Source: Dicyema japonicum (taxonomy: Eukaryota; Animalia; Dicyemida). Taken from it: 64,000 nt of DNA. The position numbers were made by a program, and so were the translations under genes. Below are positions 52,555 through 64,000 of the stretch, piece by piece (position 1 is the first letter of the stretch; each line of letters starts with the position of its first letter). The stretch spans positions 259,800 through 323,799 of the forward strand of contig RDEW01000027.1 of assembly GCA_011109175.1 (NCBI GenBank), given 5' to 3'. The notes under the pieces are model-generated. The model did not search any database and was not told where the DNA came from. It worked only from the letters and a program-made list of their open reading frames with translations.

Positions 52555-55207
52555 ATGAAAAATAATAAGGACTACAAAGAAGCCAATGACCTCGTTGATT
52601 TGGCCATTAAATATGACCACAAACAATGTTACGGTGATGCTTACAAGCACTACATTGTACAATCTTCCTAAATACTACATTAGGCTGCGATCGATAAACT
52701 TATGACGATCAACAAGCAGCAGAACTCTCCACAAATCAAAGTGGAGGTAAAAAAGCTCATAGAAATGGCAGAGAAGATCAAACCAGCGGGTAAATCTTTT
52801 AGTTTACCTTAGTTGCTAAGAAATCACTCGAGGTTACCCCAAATGACTTATTTTAGACTGTGACGCTAATAAAACTAAAAATAGAAAAAATTAACCAAAT
52901 GATTGACCTCATGGACTTCAACAATGCCGAAGAGATTCTTCAAAGCGCACTGAAAATAATGGAATCCGACAATGCCGGTCTCAAGTTGACAATGTCCAAG
53001 GAAAATGACTCCCTGGTTGACCAGCTGATGACTCTGAACAAAAAGTGGAGTTTTTAAATATCTCAGAATTGCCACAGAAAAGGAATATTTCGAAAGTGTC
53101 AGTCCTGGGATTAAATCTGGAGATTCCTACACCCCACATGAACTCTTTGTGTTAAAGTAAGGGATCAGTGACGGGCAGGTCGACTTCTTCCATCAACAAG
53201 ATCGACTATGTGCCATTTCTTAACATAGATTACAGAGAGGACTTTTCCGGGGCAGAATTATTTCAGTAACACAGAGATGTCATTTATAGTGACAAAAACG
53301 GAGACTTGAAGCTCTCAAGACATCAAATAAATCTGTTCACAACTTGGAAAAGGCCTTTCCAGCTAGTAAAGAGTCCCCAGTTGATGAGTTCTGCCAATTA
53401 CGAGCATATTCGACAGGTAGTTCTTTAATTTACCTGAGAGTGTGGTCTCTGACTGTTCTTTCGTGTCCTCGTTGATTGTAGCTTCACAATATCAAAGAAA
53501 ATTTCGACGTCCTCTGATTTCAAGGTAGTCTTTGATCTTTAGGGCAGTATTCTGTTCCCCAAGTCGAAAGGTCAACCTGTGTACAACCAGGGCGGGAAAT
53601 TCATGGTAAAGCTTCATATTAACGGAGTTTGGAGAAAGGTTGGTCACTTTGTCTCAATGTAGGTTATAGTCGATGATCGACTTCCTGTAATGAACGGAGA
53701 TAAGCTTCTCTGCGCTTATACTGGCCATGATTTTTGGGTCCCTATCCTGGAGAAGGCTTACATGAAGGTTATGGGCGGATATGACTTTCCGGGGTCCAAC
53801 TCGGTGATATTATGAGGTGATTTGTTCTAGTCAATCGATTTGCATGCTCTGACAGGGTGGATCCCTGAAAGACTGAGCATCAGCAATGAAACGTTCGGAG
53901 ATGTTCAGTTTCGAAGAATCTTAAAGCACCACAACGCGGGAAATTGCCTCATAACTGCCGCCTCCGTGAATCTGAAGGAAGAAGAATCCCTCGGAATCGT
54001 CTCACTCCATTCCTACTCAGTCATCAGATTGGTGGAGATTGAGGTTTGGCTCGGTCCTCAGTTCAGTCTATGAATCTTCAAATGTTCAGGTTGAAGAATC
54101 CTTGGGACGAGAAATGTTGGAGGGGAAGCTACAGTAAATATGACCGAACCACGTGGACCGAAAGACTCAAACGCGAGCTCAACTACAACCCAGACACGTG
54201 CAATGATGAAAAAACTGGTTTTTACATTTTTAATCTTCAGGAGAGTTTTGGATTGATCTCATGTCTTTGAAGAGATTTTTTGATGTCCTCTACTTAAATT
54301 GGTCCCCGTCGATGTTCCCGTACAGTACATGTCTACATGAGTTTGTCAGTTCTATGATCAACCTAGCTTCTGGTCAATGAAGGAGAGCCCAAAGAAGGAC
54401 AGGATTTCGATTGGAGCCAATCCTCAGTATCACTTAAGTTTTACCGCCAAAACGAAATCAGTTGTGTGGATTCTGCTTTCTCGGCATATCACGGAAATTG
54501 TATTATTTAATCTTTACCAGAGGATGACTTTGCTAACAATAAGCGGTTTGTCACCATTGACGTCTATAGGACCCCACTTGGTCGTCGATTGTACTACACT
54601 AGTTAGTCTCCTCTTTGTTATCGATAGATGAGCCCATACCGTATATTCAAGGAAAACGAATAAACAGCCCCCACTATTGTGCCAACTAACGGTGGAGGCC
54701 GGATATCATTCATTTAATTTGGTGGTCTCAGAGTTTGAGAAATCATCCTCGATTTTCTTCACTTTGCGTGTTTATTCTTCTGTGAATTTTTCATTGCATA
54801 AAATTGACGACATTTACACTTACAAGCAGACAGTAATTTGGTTTGTTATGGCAGATTGTCGGTGAATGGGGACCGGAGAACTCTGGGGGATGTCCAAAGT
54901 ATCAGTCATATTCGTCTAATCCAAAATATAACGTTCATATTAACGGAAAGTCTAAAGTTGATGTGGTGATTGAACTACGCGCTCCTTTGTTTATTTTTGG
55001 TTTATTTTTAGTTCCTTGCCAGTTTCCATTCAATTTAAGTGTGATGAATTTGAAAGACTGCCTACTGTCTACCGACAAGGTTATTTCGTGGAAGACCTTG
55101 TTGGGATCTCTTCTGGTTCCTATAAACTTGTAGTATCGACGTATGAACCAAATAAGCATGGGACGTTTATTATAAATATTAAATCCACTGCATATTTTTA
55201 CTACTGA
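52555..55207 (+). CDS. CAPN7: Calpain-7 / PalB (MIT, CysPc and C2-like domains), more than 15 microintrons
   Basis: QSVVSDCSFVSSL (catalytic Cys), HSYSV (His), LKNPW (Asn), EKAYMKVMGGYDFPGSNS, ALTGWIPE, NPQY, LLSRHIT. Confidence 0.95.
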
Positions 55208-55209
55208 AT

Positions 55210-55985
55210 AAAATTACTTTTACTCATTTTTCTGGTATGCTTGATGAGGAATCTATTCTAAAAAATCTAACATAAACTGGATGATGCGAAAGATACCCTG
55301 TGTTCATTTTTAGTTTCTCCGAGGTGACAGTAAATCTACTTTTTGAATGTCTTTAACTGTACATTGCTTGCCAGCCAAAGTTGACCGCTCTATAGGAGCA
55401 GCCGGCTGTTGCTGCTTCCCATTTAATATTCGCTGTTCTCCTACCAGTCAGTGAGCCCTGGGTTAACTTTACTAACTAATTTTGAGGAATCATTTCTGCC
55501 TTTAACTATTTTTTGGAGTTTATGATTGTTTGGCGAGTGAAAAAAATGATGAGAATAAATGAGACAAACTCTAAGCTGGTTAGGATTGTAAAGTATTTTT
55601 TATTTACATGACTCTGGACCAAACTAACTACTCACTTTCGACACGTTCAAGCGGAGACCTCATCTTGCCCCCTTCCTATTCCACCAGAAAAGTAAAAGAT
55701 TTTGAAAGTTTCTTAATGCTTTCTCTATTCCGATTAGTTCAATACAATCGACTTGGTAAATCCATCAAAATTTTTTAAATAACCCCAGATATACTCGAAA
55801 TAAGTTTTTCCATTACCCCTTGTCGAGTGGGATGCTTCCCTTTCAAGTATTTGCCATTATGAGAACCCTCCATTGTAGTAGGGAAGAGATAGATCTTTTT
55901 TGGATTCCGGCAAGGCATTTGAGGTCTCCTGAGTTAGATCCAATGACGCCTCTAGGAATTTAAGAAGGCACAGAACAGAAATTAT
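55210..55985 (-). mobile_element. LINE 5' end plus decayed ORF1
   Basis: Carries the conserved 5' motif (ctagaggcgtcat...aatgccttgccgg), followed by a stop-riddled frame. Confidence 0.45.
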
Positions 55986-56129
55986 TCAACAAAGTAAATA
56001 GCGGTGTGGGAATCGGCTTCACAGCTACAGCACTACGCTACCTGATTGCCCCAAAATCAAAGAATGTTAAAGAAATTTCTACATATTCATACAGTTTACT
56101 CATTCGGGAAGTGAAGCAGCAACATTAAC

Positions 56130-56520
56130 AACTCGGAAAAAGTAAAAATGAGTATTTAAAAGAGGAAAAGGCGATACCAAGCACATTTGGTCAAAGGATA
56201 TACAAAAGTTTTCGTCTAAAGAACATATCATGTCCTGGATAAAGTATATAAGACCGTTGTTCAAGAGACAGCAGGCAAATTATTAGGAAAATGTCAGCAC
56301 AATTTCCTGAAAAAAAGATCGAGATGTATCACCCCAAATATCCCTATCGTAAAATACGGAGGTAAGAATAAAATGATATAGAGATGTTTAGCTCCTTCAG
56401 GGATCGGGAATATATTTTTTATCGATTGGAAAACGAATTTAAATAAATATAGCAGAATATCGACGTTTCAGAAAGATGAAGATCTAAAAATAGTAAAATG
56501 ATTGGTTTGAAATAAAGAAA
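56130..56520 (+). mobile_element. Tc1 transposase relic
   Basis: VKYGG.N.MI*RCL..SGIGNIFFID.K.N..KY, matching the Tc1 KHGGGSIMVWGCF block. Confidence 0.6.
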
Positions 56521-56707
56521 CTGATAAATGACTGTTAATATCGAGACCTCAATCACCATCCTCTTCCAACATAGACAATACTGTGAACAGACACACAGAA
56601 CTGCACTCACCCACCAAATACACTAAAAATTCCCACTAAAACCAAAAATAGAAACGTCAGCAATAATATATAGAAAATTGAGCAACACTAATAAATTTAT
56701 AAATATA

Positions 56708-59010
56708 TCAGTAATCCACATTCCCCACATGAGCATTAGAACTTGGAGCCCCAGAAGTCCGTTTTAATTCAGTAGAAGAAACATTTGAAATTCTAAATAA
56801 CCAAAACAGCGACCTTTCCTCACATTGAACATCTCCAACATTCCCAATAGTCGCAAATGGGTCTTCAAACAAATTACTCTCTACACTCTGAGGGGTAAAA
56901 AAGTCACCAACAGAGACAACGGGAGCCCTGTATAATTAAAAACCAGCACAAACGGGAAATTCGCAAATCTGCTGACCGTAGGATAAGTTGGTTCGCAACT
57001 CCCACTCCTTGCACTACTGGCAATAGACTCTGAATATTTGCCTGATGAAGGAGCTCCATAGTTTTGTGGAATGTTTACCATTAGACGATTATTAGGACGT
57101 GTTTGTCCCTCGTAAACATTTTGAAAATTCGGTTGAGAATTGGGATTCAAATAACGAACAGACCCATGTCCTTTTTCCCTACGTAAAGAGCTTGTCGATT
57201 GATTGGCAAAGGTAGACATCAGTGGATTAGTCTCAGATACAGGTAAACTAGATGTTTGGCCATTTGAAGACTGAATGGTAGATATAGGAAACCCTCTGGT
57301 CAAGTTACTCCCAACTGAAGACAAATCCGTAGGAATTCTGCGTTCTGATTGTTCATTAGTGGGTAATCTATAATCGTAGATATTCAGAGCATCTCCTCTG
57401 CAGTAATAATTATAAAATCACCTTTTCAGTTCATTCAAAGACCCCACAACAGCATTGGTGGTCTTTTTCGACAAATTGGACTCGTTCATAAAGCTCAACA
57501 AGCAAGGATGTAGCTCACGTGGGGGACCACTTTGAACAAAGGGCCTATTTGACTCGTTGATCTTCCTTTCCATATTTAGCGAGCATTCTAAGGAGACAAT
57601 CCTAAAAAATTAACAAATTAAACTTCTCCTCCAATTCTGAAATTGTTTGCTCGTGTCTCCCAACCACCAGCTGTGCCGTCCTGTACTTGTCTTCCATCAA
57701 ATTGCGGGCATGTCTCACTGTGTCAATTAGGTTGTCGTACTCCTTCAAATGCGCTCTAAGATGTCTATGACGGCGAACCTATGAAGACAGGCGTTAGTCT
57801 CATACTCAGTTATTTTCTTTTCCACTTGAATCTTTTCACGTGTTAAAACCAACATTTCCGCCTTTTCCTCGTAAATTTGACTATTCAAGTTAAAACTGTA
57901 AGTACTTCATGGTGGAATTTAGCAGGTCGTTAGTAAGGGAGATTCTTCCCTCCAAGTCGTTTATTTCCTTCTTCATACTTGCAATCTGGCTGTCCCCGGC
58001 AGAAACCTTAGCCTCGACGACTTCCAACTGGGCTGGAGGTTATAGGAAGAATACATCTCAACTCCACAACTTTATCCTCACTTAGACTCAGCTTTTTCAG
58101 GCATGACAAGTAGTTTGACCGCAGTTCGTTGGGGGACTGCAGATCCTCCACAATCTTCTTTATCACAGAAACGTCATCAGTGGTCTCCAAGTTGGAATCC
58201 ATCAAAAATTGAGCAAGAACGTTCTCAATGAGGATTTCCTGTCTCTGACTGTTAACAACAAGGCAAACTGAACAGGTCTCTTCCATCAGCTTGAGTCTCT
58301 CCAAATTCTTTCTCATCAAGAGAATTCTAGAATGCCACATAAGAAATACTCATCATCTTTTGAGGCGATCTCGGAAGAGATATTTTTAATAGTCGAACTG
58401 TTATGACTGTTTTCTGTGGAAAGCTGTTCAATCTCAAAATCCCTAGTTTGCAGGAGAAGTTTTAAGTTTTCATTCAAATTATCACTTAATTCCTTTTCCT
58501 GTTGTAACAGTTTCAATGAATTCTCCAAATTGGCCTTTTCCGACTCCAAATTTTTAAAATTTTCATTATTTGAACAGTTCTGTAATTATATTTTCTGTTT
58601 TACAATTTCTTCCAACTCGGCAACCTTGTTAGTCAAGTTTTTTAATTCTTCGTTCAAATATAGAGATTCCTGTTGATTGTGGATCAGCGCCTTCTGAATC
58701 TCCACAAAATTTACTAGGAATAAATAAACAAAAGCACAACATCTTCGATTGTCGATCAGTTTTGAGAAGAGCTAAAAATAACTAAGAACGGTACACGTGG
58801 AACGACTAAACATGTTTTTATGAGAAAAAGTCCGAAAAGAGTTGAAATTATGGTCGAAATAAGTCCAATGGTAAATTCATTGAAATTTTCTAATACTTCA
58901 GTCACCACACCGCTTTGGAGATTCTCCTGAACGGTAGATGCCAGAGAAATTACCTTGTGAACAACCCATTGTCCTATCTTCGAGAAAATATTGTACCAAA
59001 AGGATGACAT
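56708..59010 (-). CDS. N-terminally anchored coiled-coil protein with a Pro/Ser-rich tail, cTAGE5/TANGO1-like
   Basis: N-terminal hydrophobic segment, long coiled coil, then a low-complexity P/S tail; many microintrons. The family call rests on architecture only. Confidence 0.55.
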
Positions 59011-59239
59011 CTTATTTCTAAGAAAATAATATCATTAAGTATTACTTATAATCGCAACAAGATTATGTACGCGTTTTAGATAATTTTTAAAATTTGATTT
59101 AAAATAATAAATTTAAATTTTTATGTATTTAATAGAACAAAGTTAGTTGCCATGTTAAGGTCTCCATTATGGCCTGCTAAAATTAATGGCCGCTTGGCGC
59201 CATATGGTGCTTCGTGTCTAATTGGTGAAGTTTCTGTTT

Positions 59240-59760
59240 GTTCGTTTGTTCCTTTTCTCTCTTTCTATTAGAGAGGCGTCATGTAATCCACCTCTCTAGG
59301 CGCCCAATGCCAGGCCGGCACGAAAAATTCCTTTAACTTATTGGTCATGAACCGGAACAAGTTGACCTTTCTCCATATAAATCTCTCCATCCCGGACAAG
59401 AATAGAGAGCATCCAAAGAAAACCGTAACAAAAGTCTCGACTATCTTCTCGTCAGGGAACAAAGCCCCAAGGCGGGTTTGGAAAATGGAAAACTCGTCCG
59501 TTGGAAAGCTAACATCTACAATCTCTAAATTCCGCATATTCAGGAATAACGCCGATAATCGAGGCATCTCCACCAATCGTTTAATCGTCGAGGTACCGAA
59601 CATTAAAAGGGCCCGAGATCTTCTCACTCGTAACGGAAAAAAGAGGTCCAGGGGATCATCTAGCTGAACATCTGTAGAAGATGGGCACAATGTGATCTCC
59701 GATTACAAGCTAACTCTCAAATCCGTAAGACGGATGGAAAAATTTTGCTATTTCATTCGT
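59240..59760 (+). mobile_element. LINE 5' end with conserved motif and ORF1 fragment
   Basis: Motif at 59268-59321, then ORF 59341-59667 (..RLIVEV..), resembling I-group ORF1. Confidence 0.55.
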
Positions 59761-60309
59761 CCTAGAAACCCAAAACTCCAGCATGAGATTGAGCCTGAAT
59801 ACATTGTAGATATCTAGTTTCACAAGTAGTTTGTGCTCTCTGAGATAACAGGAAATAAACTACCGTGTTGAATGAATGGCGACCTCACATCCATGAGGGA
59901 CACCAAGGCCCAAAATTTATTTTATAAAAAGTTCAACTTTTATCCAAAATTTAACAACTTTTGATGTTGCCTGCGTCGTGATTATCTTTAAGTTCGATTC
60001 CCAAACCATTACCTGTTTGGTCAAAGAATACCTTTATGTTCTTTGGTTTCTTTACTTTCCAAAAGGCGTCATGAAGTCCACCTAACTCATTAAAGTCGCA
60101 GTGCTTCGACGACGTACAAAAGGATTCTGTTCTTCCTACTCCAGTAGAGGGGTTCTAACAATGACTGATATGGATGTATGTTATGCTTAAAAAGGGTGCG
60201 TCTCAATCAAGCGTGGGAACATGATATACCTTAATTAGATGTTAACTAAATCTTAGCCTCTTTCAAGTATATCCGGGGTTATCGAATAAATAACAAAACG
60301 TTTTAACTG

Positions 60310-60720
60310 GATACCCCGCCATACCTAAACCTGTTGGCCTGGACAGAGGAGACGGAAAACGTCCTGACGAGATCACAATTTTCCCATTCGAAGAGGGGAA
60401 ACCTTTGGTCTGGGATGCTACTAGTGTGGATCCACTTAGCCCATCCAATATTGTCGGGAGCGCGGTAGACACACTCTTTGCCGCGGAAAAATCAATGAGG
60501 GTAAAGGAGAAGAAACACGAATCCCTACGAGACCGATTCGCGTTCTATCCGATTGCGGTCGAGACAACTGGAGGAATAAATGGAAAATCGCTTCGCTTCC
60601 TTAAAGAAACTTGACGACGTGTGGCTTCTTAGTTGATTTCTGGTGCAATCGTGAGAGACAACGCAACGTCGATAATGTCGGCGGGGTCCACTTTGATGGA
60701 TGGCTGTGTTAATTAATTAT
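60310..60720 (+). mobile_element. CRE-like 3' end, same subfamily as 6700-8990
   Basis: Highly similar to 8550-8980, including the 3' UTR. Confidence 0.9.
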
Positions 60721-61190
60721 TGATTATTACTATCGATAAATTTATTATTTTTTCAAAAAAATAGGATTTTACTAAAAAAACATTAACCAGATAAGCCATT
60801 ATTTTCACTAAAAATTGAAAACCAAAGACAGCTAAAAAAGTAAGAATGTCCCACCTAACTAAGTGCCCGCAGATCGACAAGTAGGAGATCGAAATTGGCG
60901 TAGACTCTAAAATGTCTTTATAATGTTGAGTTTTCGAAGACTCTTTGGCAGAACGTCTTTCACATTTTGAGAAAATGAGAGCAAGGGTTCAAGGTCACTC
61001 CAGGATTCTTGGATGTCTCAGTATGGGAATAAGTTCCCCATAAGGTTTGATTTCTAGCATATCCCTTTGTCTCCGGTCGGTTAAAAATGATATATTGGAT
61101 CTTTTCCGGGGATGCGGAAAATTAGAAAATAAAAATATATTTAATCAATTAATATTCTTAATGATTTAAATTTTTGTTTTTCTCTGTCAC

Positions 61191-61553
61191 ATGAACAAAT
61201 CTAATTTTGAAGCGAATCTTCTAGTACGGCAAATTGGTAAACTTAGAAATACCTTGACGAAAAACTGAAGGAAGTTCTAGGACAACAGAATTCGAAGAGT
61301 AAATCTATTTTTGACTTTGCAGTTACAAATGATGCTAAAATTCTTCTTGGTTGCTTAGTGGAGACGTTTATGAAAGGTTGTTTGCTGCCGTGAAGTGTAG
61401 AAAGCGTGGAAAGGGCAACTTTGCAGGCTAAGGTATTATATGAGTCAAATTTAGGCTGAATCGTTTACTGAATTACAAATACAGCATTTGACTTCGATTA
61501 TAGGACTTTTGGTCTAAATTTACCTAATTCTTTAGGTTTTAGACTTTTCTTGA
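61191..61553 (+). CDS. CENPX: Centromere protein X (MHF2/STRA13) histone-fold protein, about 81 aa, 5 introns
   Basis: Spliced product ...SKITNDAKILLGCLVETFMKESVERATLQAKAE...HLTSIIGLLVLDFS*. Introns are 23, 24, 24, 22 and 24 nt. Absent from the ORF track. Confidence 0.88.
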
Positions 61554-61669
61554 TATTTTATGTAATGAAACAGATTGTGATTCATTAATAGACAACTGAT
61601 GGAATGGTAGGCTAAGTTTAACATTTCATTGTCTGCTGGGCTTTCGTTTTGATTTTAGGCAGATTTTTG

Positions 61670-62250
61670 TATAGTTTAACCTTTGCCGTGGAAACCTGAG
61701 GCATAGCTCAACGCCATCCCAAGTGGGGTATTGGGAACTTCTCTAGATGAATCCGTTCAAGTTGGAGTTTTACTTCGCCTTGGACTAAAGATTTGCATCA
61801 TGTGAGCATTAATGTTATGGACTTAATCTTATCGTTTGCAGGAGCAGGTCCCCAGGGATACTACCTTAACTGAGGTCTTTAGACGGGTTTTGAGGACAGA
61901 TGAGTTCCACTGTGTAGTCGAATTGTCATTGTATGTAGACGCAATGAATAACGACCAGATGGAATGACCATTTCCGTTCTTGCCTAGGAAACCCCTAGTC
62001 TGAGACGTCACGTGTATGGACACTATCTTTGAACAACCCTACCTAAAGTGTTCCCAGTGACTTTCCAATGCCGAAACGTCAAAGTGCCAGAAGTATCTAA
62101 GAGGTGCTGTTTGCTTTTCTTGCCGTGGAAACTTCCGGAATCCATGAACATTCATCCTATGCTTTTGTAGAGCGACTCGAAAAACTTGACTTCCAAGATC
62201 GTTTACTTCCCAAAAAATCCCAAGAGGGAATAGCGATACATTGTGGGTCC
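61670..62250 (+). mobile_element. CRE-like fragments
   Basis: A*LNAIPSG..G..LD and KCQKY...FLAVETSG. Confidence 0.6.
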
Positions 62251-63299
62251 TCAACTCTAATTTTTTTGAACTTTTGGCATATAAATAACAAAGGGTGCTT
62301 AACCTTGATTTTTATGAAAATAACAAAGCCCGAAGTCATTTTATTTTGTCAATTGTGGATAACTCTCATAGCTCAAAATGTCAAGACTCGGAGGTCTTTG
62401 AGGTTGCACACTCCCTTCGTGAACTAGGATGGTAAGTTTTTTATTTCGGAGAAATTGTCGAATAACACTTTTTAAACCAAGTCCTTATCCCTTTAATTAA
62501 TGTTTAAAGCCTCGCAAGTTCAGTTCGCTTTTCTCGGGGAACTTTTGCCAGAATTAACAAAAAAGTTCTTATTGATTTAATAATGATTTTTGGTTTTGAA
62601 TAAATAAATTAGTGCTTCTACAGGAATTAGGTTCGGATTACATATACAGGGTTTTCAAGACTTAAGTGAGAAGTACTTCACATCAATCGGAGAAATTTTA
62701 ACATCTAGGAGAGAATTGATAACATTTTTAGACTTTCTAATAAAATATAAAAAAATGAATATAAAATGTCTTGTAAGGCTATTTATTAGATAACATAACA
62801 TAATTTATTTCGCAAAACCCCAACTAACTAAACAAGGTAAGAGCCATTAACTAAAGAGGAAAAACCAAAAATTTGGGGTCGTCTATATCGGGGCACTCTC
62901 ATGAGACACCGTATGTCTCTTCTCCGTAAAAAGCCCAATTACAATGCGAGTTTCCACAAGCAATGTAATAAATCACCGATTCTTCTCGTTTTTCTTTCGT
63001 ATTTCGTCATCAATTTCAGATGCTAAATCCAAATTCATGTGCTTCAATTTAGTTTCGTTTATAATTAGAACTTCCATCTGGATCGTGCTGGCTATAGCAA
63101 CCAGCACTGAGGCCCGTTTCCGAAGAGAATGGACATTAATCAGGGTTATCCTGACTACTGGTTTTTTTCGGTGGCTGCCCTCTCTTCTCTGTATGAAGCT
63201 TCTACTGTCTCTTTTTTAGAATGTTTCTTACTATATGTTCCTATTCCAGCCAGTTTTTAATTTCCTATTTCGTTCCAGTTTTGGAAACTTCACTTTCTC

Positions 63300-63540
63300 C
63301 ATTATGGGCATTTTCTCGTTTTTAGAAATAATTTTCCATTCGATTCTTTCCTTTTTTGGTCAATTTTGTTTTTTTTCGCTATGTTAGCTTCAACAGCCTT
63401 GGGACATCTTCCATAATTGCAAAGTCGATGGATGAACCACAATTAAAGGACTTATTATTGTTTGTAACCGGACACTGCGATCTTCTATGTGAATCAGAAC
63501 AAACAAGGCATCTTTCAACACATCTCCATTAGGCCTGATG
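63300..63540 (-). mobile_element. LINE ORF1 zinc-knuckle relic
   Basis: RCLVCSDSHRRSQC...FNCG...NYGRCPK. Confidence 0.6.
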
Positions 63541-63799
63541 TATGTTTCTCAAACTCGTAGTATATTTATTCTTGTAGCACCAGTGGCACCACTTATTCAC
63601 CAGTGGCACCACGGCCTATTTATTAGAATTTGAAAGGATTCATTTATATTTTTTTTAAAAATTAAAATATTACCTGAACAAAAAATATCCGTAGCTGGTG
63701 AACAGTGAACATCGTAGCTGGTGTTGAATTTAAAATTTCAATTCGAAAACAACTATGGACGAATTTTAAAAGAAAAAAAACTCTTAGCCGTTTTTTTAA

Positions 63800-64000
63800 T
63801 AAAAAAAGGTGAATCTTAGCCATATACTGGCTATAGAATATGATAAAATAGACTATCTAACGAGCAGACTAACTGAGTGAGTATATGATTATGAGAATGC
63901 ACGGCATCCCCTAGCTAAGTCAAGTGTGTCTACGAGGAAACACACCATTGTAACGACCGAGAAAACAAAAGCAACCCACCTAGGCACTATCAGGCCTTTT
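63800..64000 (+). mobile_element. R4-like relic running off the window end
   Basis: 63941-64000 is the reverse-complement homolog of 5555-5615, which lies inside the R4-like element. Confidence 0.55.

Noticed and set aside
55210-56690. Multi-pass membrane gene convergent with CAPN7
   Set aside because: It resolves into a LINE 5' relic (minus) and a Tc1 transposase relic (plus); the hydrophobic ORFs are AT-rich antisense artefacts.
63948-64000. TGTAAC... as an LTR start, repeated at about 5555-5615
   Set aside because: Both copies translate as the same R4-like coding segment; no primer-binding site or LTR pair.

Overview
AT-rich eukaryotic nuclear DNA, almost certainly from an animal with a highly reduced genome. 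About 13 compact host genes are riddled with 22-28 nt GT-AG microintrons, so the six-frame ORF track fragments or misses them. I spliced them by hand: M17 leucine aminopeptidase, a miniature STIM, a hunchback-like zinc-finger gene with frame lesions, ANP32-like, AP-3 mu-like, a divergent calmodulin, an ARHGAP20/TAGAP-like RhoGAP, RPL36, RPL27, SUMO, calpain-7, cTAGE5/TANGO1-like and CENP-X. The genes form islands among decayed transposons: RTE, CRE-like, R4/Dong-like and I/Jockey-like LINEs, a tRNA-headed SINE sharing its tail with RTE, Mutator-like, hAT, Tc1 and Helitron relics. Hunchback-type fingers (protostome), STIM and about 24-nt introns point to a dicyemid-like mesozoan; this is inference, and a myxozoan or other reduced parasite is not excluded. 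Main findings: (1) splicing appears to work by length with a 22-nt floor, because good acceptors at 17-21 nt are repeatedly bypassed; (2) one TSD-bounded insertion joins an antisense 3' tRNA half to a LINE tail; (3) a SINE/RTE pair; (4) a conserved structured motif at LINE 5' ends; (5) a three-level nested insertion. All family calls are by eye from recalled motifs; no searches were run. Coordinates of decayed elements are approximate.
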